Source of the DNA: Vulcanimicrobiota bacterium
Lineage (GTDB): Bacteria > Vulcanimicrobiota > Vulcanimicrobiia > Eremiobacterales > Eremiobacteraceae
Assembly: GCA_963812135.1 (NCBI GenBank)
Contig: CAWETU010000001.1
Span: 1-64,000 of the forward strand
Reading direction: 5' to 3'
Length of the DNA stretch: 64,000 nucleotides
Part shown: positions 19,530 through 29,109 of the stretch, piece after piece
Layout of the letters: every line of letters begins with the position of its first letter
How positions within the stretch are numbered: position 1 is the stretch's first letter
Position numbers and translations under genes: made by a program
The notes under the pieces: model-generated
What the model was told of the DNA's origin: nothing
What the model saw: only the letters and a program-made list of their open reading frames with translations
Database searches by the model: none

Positions 19530-19630
19530 CGCTGACCATTTCTCAGACTTGCCTGGACGCGCCTACCACGCGAGGGCCTGGGAACTCGCAGGGTGAAGCC
19601 GATGTGCCCTTGGGGTAGGAGTCGCCAGAG

Positions 19631-20692
19631 CTGAAACACCGGCCTCATATCGCCGTTGTCATCCCTGTCGCACGCTGGCAGCCGCGATTACTGCGCTGCT
19701 TGGCTGCGTGCGTCGAGCTGACGTACGAGCCGCGCACGATCATCGTCGTCTCGGACGCGCCCATCGCGCTGCCGGCCGGATGCCGCATTTTCTCAACCTT
19801 GTCACTCACGCGGAGCGCGTCACCGGCCCGGGCGCGAAACGTGACTTCGCCCGAGTCGCGTTTTCCGACGCCGACGTCTACGCGTATCTCGACGACGACG
19901 CGTTCCCCCCGCCGCAATGGCTCGACATCGCCGCAAAGGTGCTTGCGGAGCATCCAGCAGCCGCCGGCGTGGCCGGCCCCGGCCTCGTCCCCGACGACCA
20001 GACGTTCTGGGAGCGCGTCAGCGCGGCTGTCATGGAGATGTACGCGGGCAGCGGACCGTTGCGTTTCCGTTTCCGGCGCGAGCGCGCGCGCGATTGCGAT
20101 GACTTCCCCGCGTACGATCTGTTCATCCGAAAGCAACGGCTCGACGCCGCCGGCGGTTGGGCGACGAACTGGTACGGCGGTGAGGACAGCGTGCTGTGCG
20201 CGAGGCTCGCCGCGCGAGGCGGACTCATCCATTACGATCCGTCGCTCGCCGTCTATCATTATCGCAGGCGGCTAGTGCCCGAGCACGCGTGGCAGGTCTG
20301 GAACGTCGGGCGCTCGCGCGGTTGCCTCGTCCGCGGCGGGGATGCATTATCGCGCCGTCCGGTGTTCGCCGGGCCGGTATGCGTCGTCGCGTTGGCCGCG
20401 CTCATCGTCGCCGCTCTTGCGATCTGGCTCTACCATCTGGACAGCATGCGCGATTGCGGCGGCAGTCTATCTCCTCATCGCCTGCTTCGCGCCGGCAGGG
20501 GTGCCGTTGGGCGTGCGATTCCTGACGCCGCTCGCGTTGTTGGTCCACCATGGCGCGTACGCGTTAGGCATGGCCGTCGGAATCTTGACGGGCACGCGCA
20601 CCGTACGCGGGGTGGTCTTGCGCTCGGGCGAGCCTGCACTTGTCCTCACGGATGTGGGCCGCGCCGCACACGAAAGGTCGAGCATAGCGTGA
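19631..20692 (+). CDS. GT2 glycosyltransferase with C-terminal TM helices, two frameshifts (~19780, ~20430)
   Basis: HIAVVIPV...IIVVSD in frame 1; GPGAKRD, YAYLDDDAFP, GGEDSVLC in frame 2; TM tail in frame 3; start (CTG after AGGAG) uncertain. Confidence 0.75.
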
Positions 20693-21399
20693 ATGCACGC
20701 ATTGTGAAGGACATGCTGCGGCCGTTCTTGCCGGCGAATATCCGCAAACGGTTTGCGTTTTCCGCGCAGGCGAAAGCGATCATCAAGCAGCACGATACGC
20801 AGACGGTGGAGACGGTGCAGGCGCTCAATGAGAAGTACGCCACGCCGGTGATCGGGACGGTTCGCGTCTGGGATCTGCTCGAAATGTTGGCGGGATGTGT
20901 CGATCCCACGGATCCCGGGCTCTACGGCGCGAGTCAACTGATCCATACCCTTCAGGTCCTCGACGCGATGGAAGACGATCACTTGACGGATCGCGACATG
21001 CTCTGCGCGGCGCTCGTGCACGATCTTGGCAAAGTGCTCCTCTTGCACGGCGAGAGCCCTGAGAACGTGGTTTGTATGAACGTCCCGATCGGCCGGTACA
21101 CGCCCGGCGTCGGTCTCGATAATTGCGTCTTCCAATGGAACCACGACGAGTTCGCATATTCCAGGCTCAAGGATCACGTGCCGGAACACGTCGCGTGGCT
21201 GGTGCGGTACCACAGCATCATGCTCTCGAAGTGCAGACCCTTGATGAACGAGCAGGACCGGGATTGGACACGACGATATCTGGTGCCGTTCCAAAAGTAC
21301 GATCTGAAGTCCAAGTCACCGTACGCGGTTCCTCGTAGATCGCTCGCGGACTACAAAGCGCTGGTCGAAGAGCTTTTCCCGCAGCCGATCATGTTTTGA
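20689..21399 (+). CDS. Myo-inositol oxygenase (MIOX)-like HD-domain di-iron enzyme
   Basis: HDTQTVETV, VWDLLEML..VDPTDP, HTLQ, LVHDLGKVL, GLDNCVFQWNHDEFAY, VRYHS, FQKYDLKSK align by eye with MIOX motifs; GTGA overlap with upstream GT2. Confidence 0.8.
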   Translation: MNARIVKDMLRPFLPANIRKRFAFSAQAKAIIKQHDTQTVETVQALNEKYATPVIGTVRVWDLLEMLAGCVDPTDPGLYGASQLIHTLQVLDAMEDDHLTDRDMLCAALVHDLGKVLLLHGESPENVVCMNVPIGRYTPGVGLDNCVFQWNHDEFAYSRLKDHVPEHVAWLVRYHSIMLSKCRPLMNEQDRDWTRRYLVPFQKYDLKSKSPYAVPRRSLADYKALVEELFPQPIMF

Positions 21400-21421
21400 A
21401 GCTGGAACCGCGTCCGGTCGA

Positions 21422-22654
21422 ATGCAAACGATAGTGCTCGGTGCCGGCATGACCGGCATCGCGGCAGGCCGGGCCTCTGACAGCGTCGTCTACGAATCGT
21501 GCGATCGGCCGGGCGGGCTGTGCGCCTCCTATTACGTCCCGCCCGGATATCGATTTGAGCTCGGCGGGGGGCATTGGATCTTCGGCGGTGATCGTTCGAT
21601 TTCTCAACTGCTGCGCGACGCGACCCCGATGAAAGCTTATCGGCGGCGCGCTGCTTTGTATTTCGCGAAACAGCAACGCTACGTTCCGTATCCCTTGCAG
21701 AGCAATCTTGCGCACCTTGAGCCGGAGGTCGCGCAACAGGCGGCGGCGGAAATGCAAAACGCCGCCAAACACGAACTCGAACCCGCGCGGAACATGAAGG
21801 GTTGGCTCGTTCAACGCTTTGGCCCGACGTTGTGCGACTACTTCTTCAATCGCTTTCACGAATTATATACCGCGGGCTTGTACGACCGGATCGCCGCGCA
21901 GGACGAGTACAAGTCGCCGCAGCGTGCGAACCGCGGCTACAATGAGGACTTTGTCTATCCGATCGCCGGCCTGGATTCGCTTGCGATGCGGCTGGCTGAG
22001 CCGTGCGTCGTTGCCTACGGGAAACGCGCTACCGGCATCGATGTCCAACGTCGCGAGGTGACCTTTGCAGATGGCAGCGGCGCGAAATACGATGCGCTGA
22101 TCTCTACGCTTGCTTTGAACCGCACGCTAGAGCTGGCGGGGCTGGACGTCGCGGCCGAGAGCGATCCCTACACGTCGGTGCTCGTGCTGAACATCGGCGC
22201 GACGCGCGGTCCCGCTTTTCCTGATCAGCATTGGCTGTACGTCACCGACGCCGAGTCGGGCTTCCACCGCATCGGTTTTTACAGCAACGTCGATCGTTCG
22301 TTTGTGCCGGCGACAAATGGCCGCGGCCCGTCTCGCGAGAGCTTGTACGTCGAGCGGGCGTATGAGGGTGGCGCTAAACCGGATGCGCTGCAGATCAGCA
22401 GATACATGGACGCCGTCATCAGGGAATTGCGGCAGTGGTCCTTCATCGATGAAGTCGAGGTGGTGGACGCCAGCTGGATCGATATTGCATACACGTGGTC
22501 GTGGCCGGGTTCCGCGTGGCGCCTCGAGGCGCTACAGGCGCTCGAGGGTCGCAGCATCCACGCAGTAGGGCGCTACGGGCGCTGGATCTTTCAGGGCATC
22601 GCTGATTCAATCCGCGACGGCTTGACCGCGGGTGCTCGGTTGGGGCGCGGGTGA
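21422..22654 (+). CDS. FAD-dependent oxidoreductase, UDP-galactopyranose mutase-like (fungal/trypanosomatid type)
   Basis: GAGMTG dinucleotide fold, PGGLCAS, GGHWIF, YVPYPLQSN, NEDFVYP, GRYGRW. Confidence 0.6.
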   Translation: MQTIVLGAGMTGIAAGRASDSVVYESCDRPGGLCASYYVPPGYRFELGGGHWIFGGDRSISQLLRDATPMKAYRRRAALYFAKQQRYVPYPLQSNLAHLEPEVAQQAAAEMQNAAKHELEPARNMKGWLVQRFGPTLCDYFFNRFHELYTAGLYDRIAAQDEYKSPQRANRGYNEDFVYPIAGLDSLAMRLAEPCVVAYGKRATGIDVQRREVTFADGSGAKYDALISTLALNRTLELAGLDVAAESDPYTSVLVLNIGATRGPAFPDQHWLYVTDAESGFHRIGFYSNVDRSFVPATNGRGPSRESLYVERAYEGGAKPDALQISRYMDAVIRELRQWSFIDEVEVVDASWIDIAYTWSWPGSAWRLEALQALEGRSIHAVGRYGRWIFQGIADSIRDGLTAGARLGRG

Positions 22655-23608
22655 GATGATCTGTTCAGCCGGTGATATTCGGCCAGCCGGCGGCTCTGAT
22701 TGAATCATCTTGGGGCGTCGCTTCAATCCCTCGACCAATCCCTTCACGATGCCTGCCCAAGGACTGGGGCGACCGCGTTGACGGATCAAGTATCCAAGAA
22801 ACAAGACCGCATGGTGAGCGACGAAGACGAGTTTCTCGCTGGCGGTTAGCGCCCGGCTGTACAGCAGTATCCAAACGTAATTGCGCGCGGAAACGGAGAG
22901 TCTTCCCGGCAAGGTGAGCCTCTCGTCGTCTTGCCTGGTCGTGTGACACACGATACTGTCCGGGACGAGCAATCCTCGTTCATGTTTGAGAATGCGCGCC
23001 GTGTATTCAAAATCATCGGCCAGGATAAAAAAATCCGCGATCGGGTATCCGTGCAGCGCGACCGCGCGACGCGCGATCAGCGCGGAGACAAACGTGCACG
23101 CCCGAATGCTTTGGTAACCGAGCGCCCTGATCGTTTCGGTATATCGCCGTTCCGCATCGCGCCTGTAGACGATGCCGGTCCGCGGATGGGGCTGACCATC
23201 GATCCAGGTGACAGCGCTTGCAAGCAGCAAGGGCTTGCCGGACGTCGGCATGCGAACGTGCGCCGTGAGTAGAGCTTCGAGCGCGGTGTCCGCCGCGATC
23301 GCATCGTCGTCCATCAGCCATAGCCAGTCGAAGCCATCGGCGTAGGCGCGTTCCATTCCCAAGCTGAATCCGCCCGCACCTCCAAGATTCTCGGCGGGCG
23401 TGACGTATGTGAGTGGGAATCCATAGGTAAGATCCGGTGGGCGTGCCTTAGGTCCGTCTGGATCCGCGGCGTGGTTATCGATCACATACACGCGGTCGAC
23501 CGGCCGCGACTGCCGGTCAAGGGCGGCGAGACATTCTCGCAGCTGCACCGGCCGATCATAGGTCACCACGATGACGGCGACCTTTGCCGCGCGTGTCGCC
23601 TCGCTCAT
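22607..23608 (-). CDS. GT2 glycosyltransferase, GlfT1-like
   Basis: VIVVTYDR, VIDN, ENLGGAGGF, WLWLMDDDA, TFVSALI, FFILADDFEYTARI. Confidence 0.8.
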   Translation of the reverse strand: MSEATRAAKVAVIVVTYDRPVQLRECLAALDRQSRPVDRVYVIDNHAADPDGPKARPPDLTYGFPLTYVTPAENLGGAGGFSLGMERAYADGFDWLWLMDDDAIAADTALEALLTAHVRMPTSGKPLLLASAVTWIDGQPHPRTGIVYRRDAERRYTETIRALGYQSIRACTFVSALIARRAVALHGYPIADFFILADDFEYTARILKHERGLLVPDSIVCHTTRQDDERLTLPGRLSVSARNYVWILLYSRALTASEKLVFVAHHAVLFLGYLIRQRGRPSPWAGIVKGLVEGLKRRPKMIQSEPPAGRISPAEQIISPAPQPSTRGQAVAD

Positions 23609-23660
23609 CCGTCGTCTTTGCGCCGCGAGTCGCGGGAACGCCTGCTCATCGTGCAAACGC

Positions 23661-24527
23661 TTAGCCGATCGATCCCTTCGTGGACTCCGACATCGGCCAT
23701 GCGGAATCGGTCGTAGGACTCTTGCGCGAGCTCGACCAGCAGTACATGACGATCCAGCAGAGCCCGCCCAGCGGTTTGCGCAGCGCACTCGCAACGATTG
23801 CCCCGAGCTTGGCCGTCAACGGCGCGGAGCCGATGCCATAGCGCTGTCGCAGCTGCCTTTCTCCCTCGAGCACGCGCCGCGACGTGCGCCAGTAGTCGAT
23901 CGCGGTCGCGGACGGCTTGAGACGACACCGGGCCTCGGGCACGTTGACCACCACGCCGCCGCGTGCGACGATGTGCGCGGCGACGAAATGGTCTTCATTG
24001 ATGAGATCGGCGGGCATCTCGATGGCTCTCACCAAGTCGCTCCGGTACGCGACGAACTGGCTCACCGCGTAATGCTGACGGTGTGGGCCTGCCTTGAGCC
24101 GCGCAATCACATCGTATGAGAAACTCGATGCCAGCGACGCCATAGTGAGGCGGCCGGCTGTCGGTTCATTGGCTCCGATCGCGATCGCAGCGCCGCCGTC
24201 GATGGCGTCCACGAGACGCTCGAGCGCGCCTTCATCCACGGCCGTGTCGGCATTCACACGCACGACGGTGTCGCCCCGCGCCGCTTGGTAGAGACGCTCG
24301 GCGGCCGGCGTGCTCCCTACACGGCGCTCGCCGCGCATCAATCGAATCACAGGATAACGGGCGGCGCTCGCTTCGGCGATAGAGGCGGTCGCATCTGTCG
24401 AACAATCGTCGTAGACGAGGACTTCGCGCAAATGATGCTTCTGGTATCGCGCCTGACAGATGGAATCGAGCAGCGGGCCGATAGATCCGGCCTCATTGAA
24501 CGCGGGGATACAGACTGAAAACTCCAC
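23661..24527 (-). CDS. GT2 glycosyltransferase
   Basis: SVCIPAFNEA, VYDDCSTD, VNADT, LINEDHF; start uncertain. Confidence 0.8.
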   Translation of the reverse strand: MEFSVCIPAFNEAGSIGPLLDSICQARYQKHHLREVLVYDDCSTDATASIAEASAARYPVIRLMRGERRVGSTPAAERLYQAARGDTVVRVNADTAVDEGALERLVDAIDGGAAIAIGANEPTAGRLTMASLASSFSYDVIARLKAGPHRQHYAVSQFVAYRSDLVRAIEMPADLINEDHFVAAHIVARGGVVVNVPEARCRLKPSATAIDYWRTSRRVLEGERQLRQRYGIGSAPLTAKLGAIVASALRKPLGGLCWIVMYCWSSSRKSPTTDSAWPMSESTKGSIG

Positions 24528-24618
24528 CTCGCGGAGTTGGGCGCGCGGAAGGATGGGCCCTCGGTCAAGCCCAGCTTGGCAGCAGTGTTGCCCGGCGAGA
24601 GCGTTGAAGGCTAAGCGG

Positions 24619-25419
24619 GTGAGCAGACTCCCCGGCAAGATCAGCGTCATCATGCCCGCCTTCAACGAAGCGTCGCATATCGAGCGCAATCTGCGCGAGA
24701 CCGTGGACACGCTCGCCGGCATTGATTGCGATTTTGAAGTCATCGTGGTGGACGACGGCAGTCGCGACGATACGTGGCGCGTCGCCGCCGCCTCCCTCGC
24801 CGAACACTATTCGAACGTGCGCTTGTTGCGCTACGACGAAAACGAGGGCAAAGGCAACGCCGTCATGCGGGGGACGGCGGTGGCGACCGGCGACTACATC
24901 GTGTTCCTCGACGCCGACATGGACCTTCACCCAGCGCAACTTCCGGCGTTCTTCGACATCATGACGCGGGAGAACGCCGACGTCGTGATCGGGAGCAAAT
25001 TGCACCCGCGCTCAGATGTGAATTATCCGCTCTCGCGACGCATCGTGACGATGGGCTATTACACACTCGTTCGGGTGCTGTTCGGGTTGCCGCTGCGAGA
25101 CACGCAGACCGGCCTCAAGGTCTTCAAGGCGCCGGTCTTGCGCCGGGTCTTCCCCAAGGTGCTGGTCAAGCGTTTTGCCGCCGACATCGAAGTGCTCGCA
25201 GTGGCGCACTCGCTCGGCTACAAGATCTGCGAAGCGCCGGTGACCTTGCGATTCCAACGCAGCTTCGGACGGATCCGCACGCGCGATGTGAAAGACATCG
25301 TGCAAGACACATTGGCCATTTTCTATCGGCTCAAGATCCTGCGCTACTACGATTCCATCAGCGAGGAATGGCCGGCGCCACGCCAAGAGATCAAGGAGCT
25401 CGTCGGCAGCAAGCGCTGA
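24619..25419 (+). CDS. Polyprenyl-phosphate glycosyltransferase (DPM1/DPG-synthase-like GT2)
   Basis: SVIMPAFNE, VDDGSRD, NEGKGNAV, FLDADMD, DVVIGSK, DTQTGLKVF, FAADIEVL. Confidence 0.85.
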   Translation: MSRLPGKISVIMPAFNEASHIERNLRETVDTLAGIDCDFEVIVVDDGSRDDTWRVAAASLAEHYSNVRLLRYDENEGKGNAVMRGTAVATGDYIVFLDADMDLHPAQLPAFFDIMTRENADVVIGSKLHPRSDVNYPLSRRIVTMGYYTLVRVLFGLPLRDTQTGLKVFKAPVLRRVFPKVLVKRFAADIEVLAVAHSLGYKICEAPVTLRFQRSFGRIRTRDVKDIVQDTLAIFYRLKILRYYDSISEEWPAPRQEIKELVGSKR

Positions 25420-25426
25420 CGAGCTG

Positions 25427-26530
25427 CTACAGCGGAAGCGCCGGAAGCAGCGTTTTCAAAGCGCGCACGAATTCGTCGTACGTCCTATCCCAATCGTATT
25501 GCTTCGCGTCGTCACGCGCGCGTTGCGACATCGCCGCGATTTTGGCCGGATCGATCAGGACGTCGGCGACGGCGTCTCCCAACGCCACCGGATCGCCGGG
25601 CGGCGTCAGGATGCCCTGGCCGGGCTTGATGCTGTCACGGATCCCCGGCACGTCATATCCCGCCGCAGGCGTGCCCGCCGAGTTGGCCTCGGTGACGACG
25701 AGTCCCCAGCCCTCTCGCACCGAAGTGAGCAGCAACATATGCGCCGCGCCCAACCGCTCTTGCCGTTCCGCCTCGGAGAGTCTGCCGAGGAAACTCACGC
25801 CTGGCACCTTGCTAGCGGCCTGAGCGAGACGGCGGCGATAGCGTTCGTCGTCAGCGCGGCCCACGATCCAAAGCTCCGCGTTCGGTATGCGCGATCGGAT
25901 CCTGGCGAACGCGGCAATCGCGTGCTCGACGCGTTTCGACGGCGTCAACCGGCCGACGTAGATGAGCGCCGGCGTTTCGTTCTTCGAAGCGGCGGTGACG
26001 CCGTCCATGACCGGTGGGGCCGGCATGGCGATGACCTCGATCGCGCCCTTCCAACCGAACTGGCGCAAATCGCGTTTCGACGATTCCGAAATGGTGATCG
26101 CGGGCATCGTGCGGTACCAGGCGTGGTAGAGACGCTCGGAGACGACGCCGAGTCCAGCGAGCCCCATCGGCGCCTCGTACCACCACACGTCGCGCGCCAG
26201 TTGCGGCACAAGCGCCACGACGTTCTTGCGCTCGTAGAGCGGCGTGAAGAACGGGATCGTGTTGATGTGGTCGATGAGAACATCGTACTGCGGGCGTTCG
26301 CGCCGGAGCCAACGATAGGCCGCGGCATACACGCCATAGCGCCCACCGCGGCGCACGTGACGCACGCCATCGATCGTTTCTTCGCTGGGCCGACCGGGTA
26401 CGTGCGCGGAGAAGAACACGACATCGTGACCCGATCGCGCGAGCCGTTGTGCCAATCCTTGCGCCAGGGCCTCTGCGCCGCCGCTGCGCGGGTGCGCAAG
26501 GTCGCGCCAAGCCAAGAATATCACGCGCAT
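25427..26530 (-). CDS. GT4 glycosyltransferase
   Basis: WRDLAHPRSGGAE, YVGRLTPSK, SVREGWGLVVTEANSAGTP. Confidence 0.9.
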   Translation of the reverse strand: MRVIFLAWRDLAHPRSGGAEALAQGLAQRLARSGHDVVFFSAHVPGRPSEETIDGVRHVRRGGRYGVYAAAYRWLRRERPQYDVLIDHINTIPFFTPLYERKNVVALVPQLARDVWWYEAPMGLAGLGVVSERLYHAWYRTMPAITISESSKRDLRQFGWKGAIEVIAMPAPPVMDGVTAASKNETPALIYVGRLTPSKRVEHAIAAFARIRSRIPNAELWIVGRADDERYRRRLAQAASKVPGVSFLGRLSEAERQERLGAAHMLLLTSVREGWGLVVTEANSAGTPAAGYDVPGIRDSIKPGQGILTPPGDPVALGDAVADVLIDPAKIAAMSQRARDDAKQYDWDRTYDEFVRALKTLLPALPL

Positions 26531-27378
26531 CGAAAGCTGCCGGGCTTTATGTCGTCCCCGATCGGTAGATCGAGTCCGAAGTCGACTGGACGAGCGCTCA
26601 GCGTGCCGAAAGCGCCGCCGACAAGCTCGGCTGATTTCATTGTGACCAGACCCGCAGTGAGGACCGGATGGCGCAGCATGCGCCCGGCTCCGCGCAGGAG
26701 CGAACCGCGCAGCGGGCTTATCCGTTTGAGCGCTTCAGCGCCGTGCTTGCGGACAAACGCCGGCATGCTCCGACCGTAATAGTATTTCTTGAGATAGAGA
26801 TTGCGCAGCGACTGCTTGCCTTCGTCGTGCAGGATCATCGTCTTCGCAAAAACGATGCCAATGGGCCCCGCGGCGCGCATCGACATGTCCCAATCTTCCG
26901 GCCCCGTCAGCGATTCATCGTAGCCGCCGAGCGCGACCACGCGATCGCGGCGGAAGAACCGCGCGGCCGCCACGAGCGCGTCGTCTTCGTAGAACGACCG
27001 CTCGAAGACTTTGCACGCGGACCAGAACCCCTCGCCGAAGGACCGCTCCGGGATCGCGACCGCTTGGGCACCGGCGGTTGCCGCGACGATTGACGAACTG
27101 ACGACATCGGGCTGGAGGACCATATCGGCGTCGAGGATCATGACGTACTCGCCGCGCGCGGCTTTGATGCCGGCGTTTCGTTGGGCTGATCGCTCGGGAC
27201 CCGCGTCGATTACCACGTCGGCGAGCTGTTGCGCGATATCCGTCGTTCCATCGGTGGAGCGATTGTCCACGACGATGACTTCAAGCGGCGCGTGATCTTG
27301 ACGCCGTGCGCTTTCCAAGCACGCCGCGAGCGTTCGTCTTGAATTCTTCGTCGTGACAATGAGCGAAACGAGCGCCAA
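26521..27378 (-). CDS. GT2 glycosyltransferase
   Basis: VSLIVTTKNS, VDNRSTD, GPERSAQRNAG, LDADM, GGYDESLTGPEDWD; start uncertain. Confidence 0.87.
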   Translation of the reverse strand: MALVSLIVTTKNSRRTLAACLESARRQDHAPLEVIVVDNRSTDGTTDIAQQLADVVIDAGPERSAQRNAGIKAARGEYVMILDADMVLQPDVVSSSIVAATAGAQAVAIPERSFGEGFWSACKVFERSFYEDDALVAAARFFRRDRVVALGGYDESLTGPEDWDMSMRAAGPIGIVFAKTMILHDEGKQSLRNLYLKKYYYGRSMPAFVRKHGAEALKRISPLRGSLLRGAGRMLRHPVLTAGLVTMKSAELVGGAFGTLSARPVDFGLDLPIGDDIKPGSFRCA

Positions 27379-27489
27379 CTGCAGTCCCCCAGGGCATCCT
27401 GATCTTTTTCTCAAGTTGACCTTGTGATGGATGGTACCTCCTCGTGCGGGAGCGGCACCTGCATCTCCGGAATACCTGGTACTCCTACG

Positions 27490-28410
27490 ATGATATCAGA
27501 GGCGCCACCGTCACTGACGGCTGCAGAGCTGTACCTCGACTTGATGAAGCGCTGCTTGACGCGGTCGCTGTTTCGCAATGCGCGTGCCGCACAAGCGACG
27601 CGCGTCGAAAAATTCGGTCGTTCGGTCGCAGGCGCGTTGCGCGCGTTCGGCGCCCCGATCTATCTCCGGCTCTTGCGCGCGGGACCGCTGCGCTCCGCCG
27701 CCGCCGCCGCCGAAACGCCTTTACGCCGGGCTTTCGTTCGTCTTGCCCCACCGGGCCCGCAAGCGCTTGACGAGGGCACGGTGTGGCCCGAAGACGCTGA
27801 AACGATGATCGGCCACAAGCGGCTCGACAACATCCAGCAGTGCGTGACCGACGTCTTGCGATCCAATGTTCCGGGCGACCTCGTCGAAGCCGGCGTGTGG
27901 CGCGGAGGAGCGGTCATCTTCATGCGGGCGATCCTCGAAGCGTACGGTGACCGGGCGCGCTGCGTGTGGGCCGCGGATTCGTTTCGCGGGTTGCCGCCGC
28001 CGGATCCCGCGCGCGCGCCGGCGGATGGAGGCGATGTGCTCTTCGCGTTCCGCGAGCTCGCGGTCTCGCTCGACGTCGTCAAAGAGAACTTCAAGCGCTA
28101 CGGCTTGCTGGACGACCGCGTGAACTTCTTGGTAGGCTGGTTCAAAGACACGCTGCCTGCTGCGCCGATCGCACGCCTCGCCGTGCTGCGTATCGACGGC
28201 GACCTCTACGAATCGACGATGGACGCGCTGCGGGCACTGTATCCCAAGCTCTCGATCGGCGGCTACGTCATCGTGGACGACTATGGGAATCTGCCGGGCT
28301 GTCGCGCGGCGGTGGAAGACTACCGTCGAGAATTCGCGATCAGCGAGACGATCGAAACCGTGGACTGGACCGCGATCTATTGGCGCAAGGGCGCCGGCCG
28401 AGTCGTCTGA
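27490..28410 (+). CDS. TylF/MycF/NovP-family sugar O-methyltransferase
   Basis: AETMIGHKRLDN, PGDLVEAGVWRGG, ADSFRGLP, GWFKDTLP, LRIDGDLYEST, GGYVIVDDY. Confidence 0.92.
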   Translation: MISEAPPSLTAAELYLDLMKRCLTRSLFRNARAAQATRVEKFGRSVAGALRAFGAPIYLRLLRAGPLRSAAAAAETPLRRAFVRLAPPGPQALDEGTVWPEDAETMIGHKRLDNIQQCVTDVLRSNVPGDLVEAGVWRGGAVIFMRAILEAYGDRARCVWAADSFRGLPPPDPARAPADGGDVLFAFRELAVSLDVVKENFKRYGLLDDRVNFLVGWFKDTLPAAPIARLAVLRIDGDLYESTMDALRALYPKLSIGGYVIVDDYGNLPGCRAAVEDYRREFAISETIETVDWTAIYWRKGAGRVV

Positions 28411-28413
28411 TCT

Positions 28414-29109
28414 TTAGCCAGCCGCCGGCTCGCCGGCCACGGCTTGCACGAAGATGTTGCATATCCCGGACCGTTCCGACAAGAACTCATCGCGCCGATG
28501 CCGTTCGACCACGCCTTTCAGCGGCGGTTCTGACCGCAGCAACCACTTGAACGCGTACAGGCCGATGTTCCCCGCCAACTCCCAAAGGCCGCCGCGAACG
28601 ATCGAGTCGACGGTGCGAAACCCCGCGTCGGCGAGGATCGCCACGATGCGATCTCGCGAATAGTGGCGGTGGCCGAAGTACCACGCGGGATCGAGCAGCA
28701 TCGAAGCCGGGTGCGCATACGGCGTCGAAAGGACCAGCCATCCGCCGGGCTTGAGCACTCGCCGCACTTCCTTGAGCGCCGCGACCTCGCAACGCGGCGG
28801 CACGTGCTCGATGACTTCGAACATCACCGCGCCATCGAACGAATCGTCGGCGAAGGGAAGCGAGAACACCGACCCCACCGCGTATTCAGCGCGCGGCGCA
28901 TTGCGCCGCGCTTGCGCGACGATCGAGGGTTCCACGTCGATCGCGGCGATATGCGAATCGATCCTGCCGGCGCAGAGATATTCGAACCAGCCGCTCGCGC
29001 ATCCGATGTCAAGGATCCGCGGGGCGAACGTCTGAGAGCTCGCGAGGCGTACGCTGAGCTCATGCCGAGCGGTGAGACGCTCGGCGACATCGCTCGAATA
29101 GGGCTTCAA
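28414..29109 (-). CDS. Class I SAM-dependent methyltransferase
   Basis: ILDIGCASG, LPFADDSFD, FEVIEHV, VLKPGGWLVLSTP. Confidence 0.88.
   Translation of the reverse strand: MKPYSSDVAERLTARHELSVRLASSQTFAPRILDIGCASGWFEYLCAGRIDSHIAAIDVEPSIVAQARRNAPRAEYAVGSVFSLPFADDSFDGAVMFEVIEHVPPRCEVAALKEVRRVLKPGGWLVLSTPYAHPASMLLDPAWYFGHRHYSRDRIVAILADAGFRTVDSIVRGGLWELAGNIGLYAFKWLLRSEPPLKGVVERHRRDEFLSERSGICNIFVQAVAGEPAAG

Noticed and set aside
19708..21399. 563-aa ORF that looks like a GT2-MIOX fusion
   Set aside because: The GT2 TM tail continues in another frame and stops at 20692, overlapping a GTG at 20689. The apparent fusion is a frameshift artifact with a junk linker.
22654..22710. Imperfect hairpin containing tattcggcc at the convergent mutase/GT2 junction (encodes AGRISPA)
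   Set aside because: Too degenerate to count as a REP-like copy: no GTAG/GGAG and a broken stem. It may be a weak terminator.
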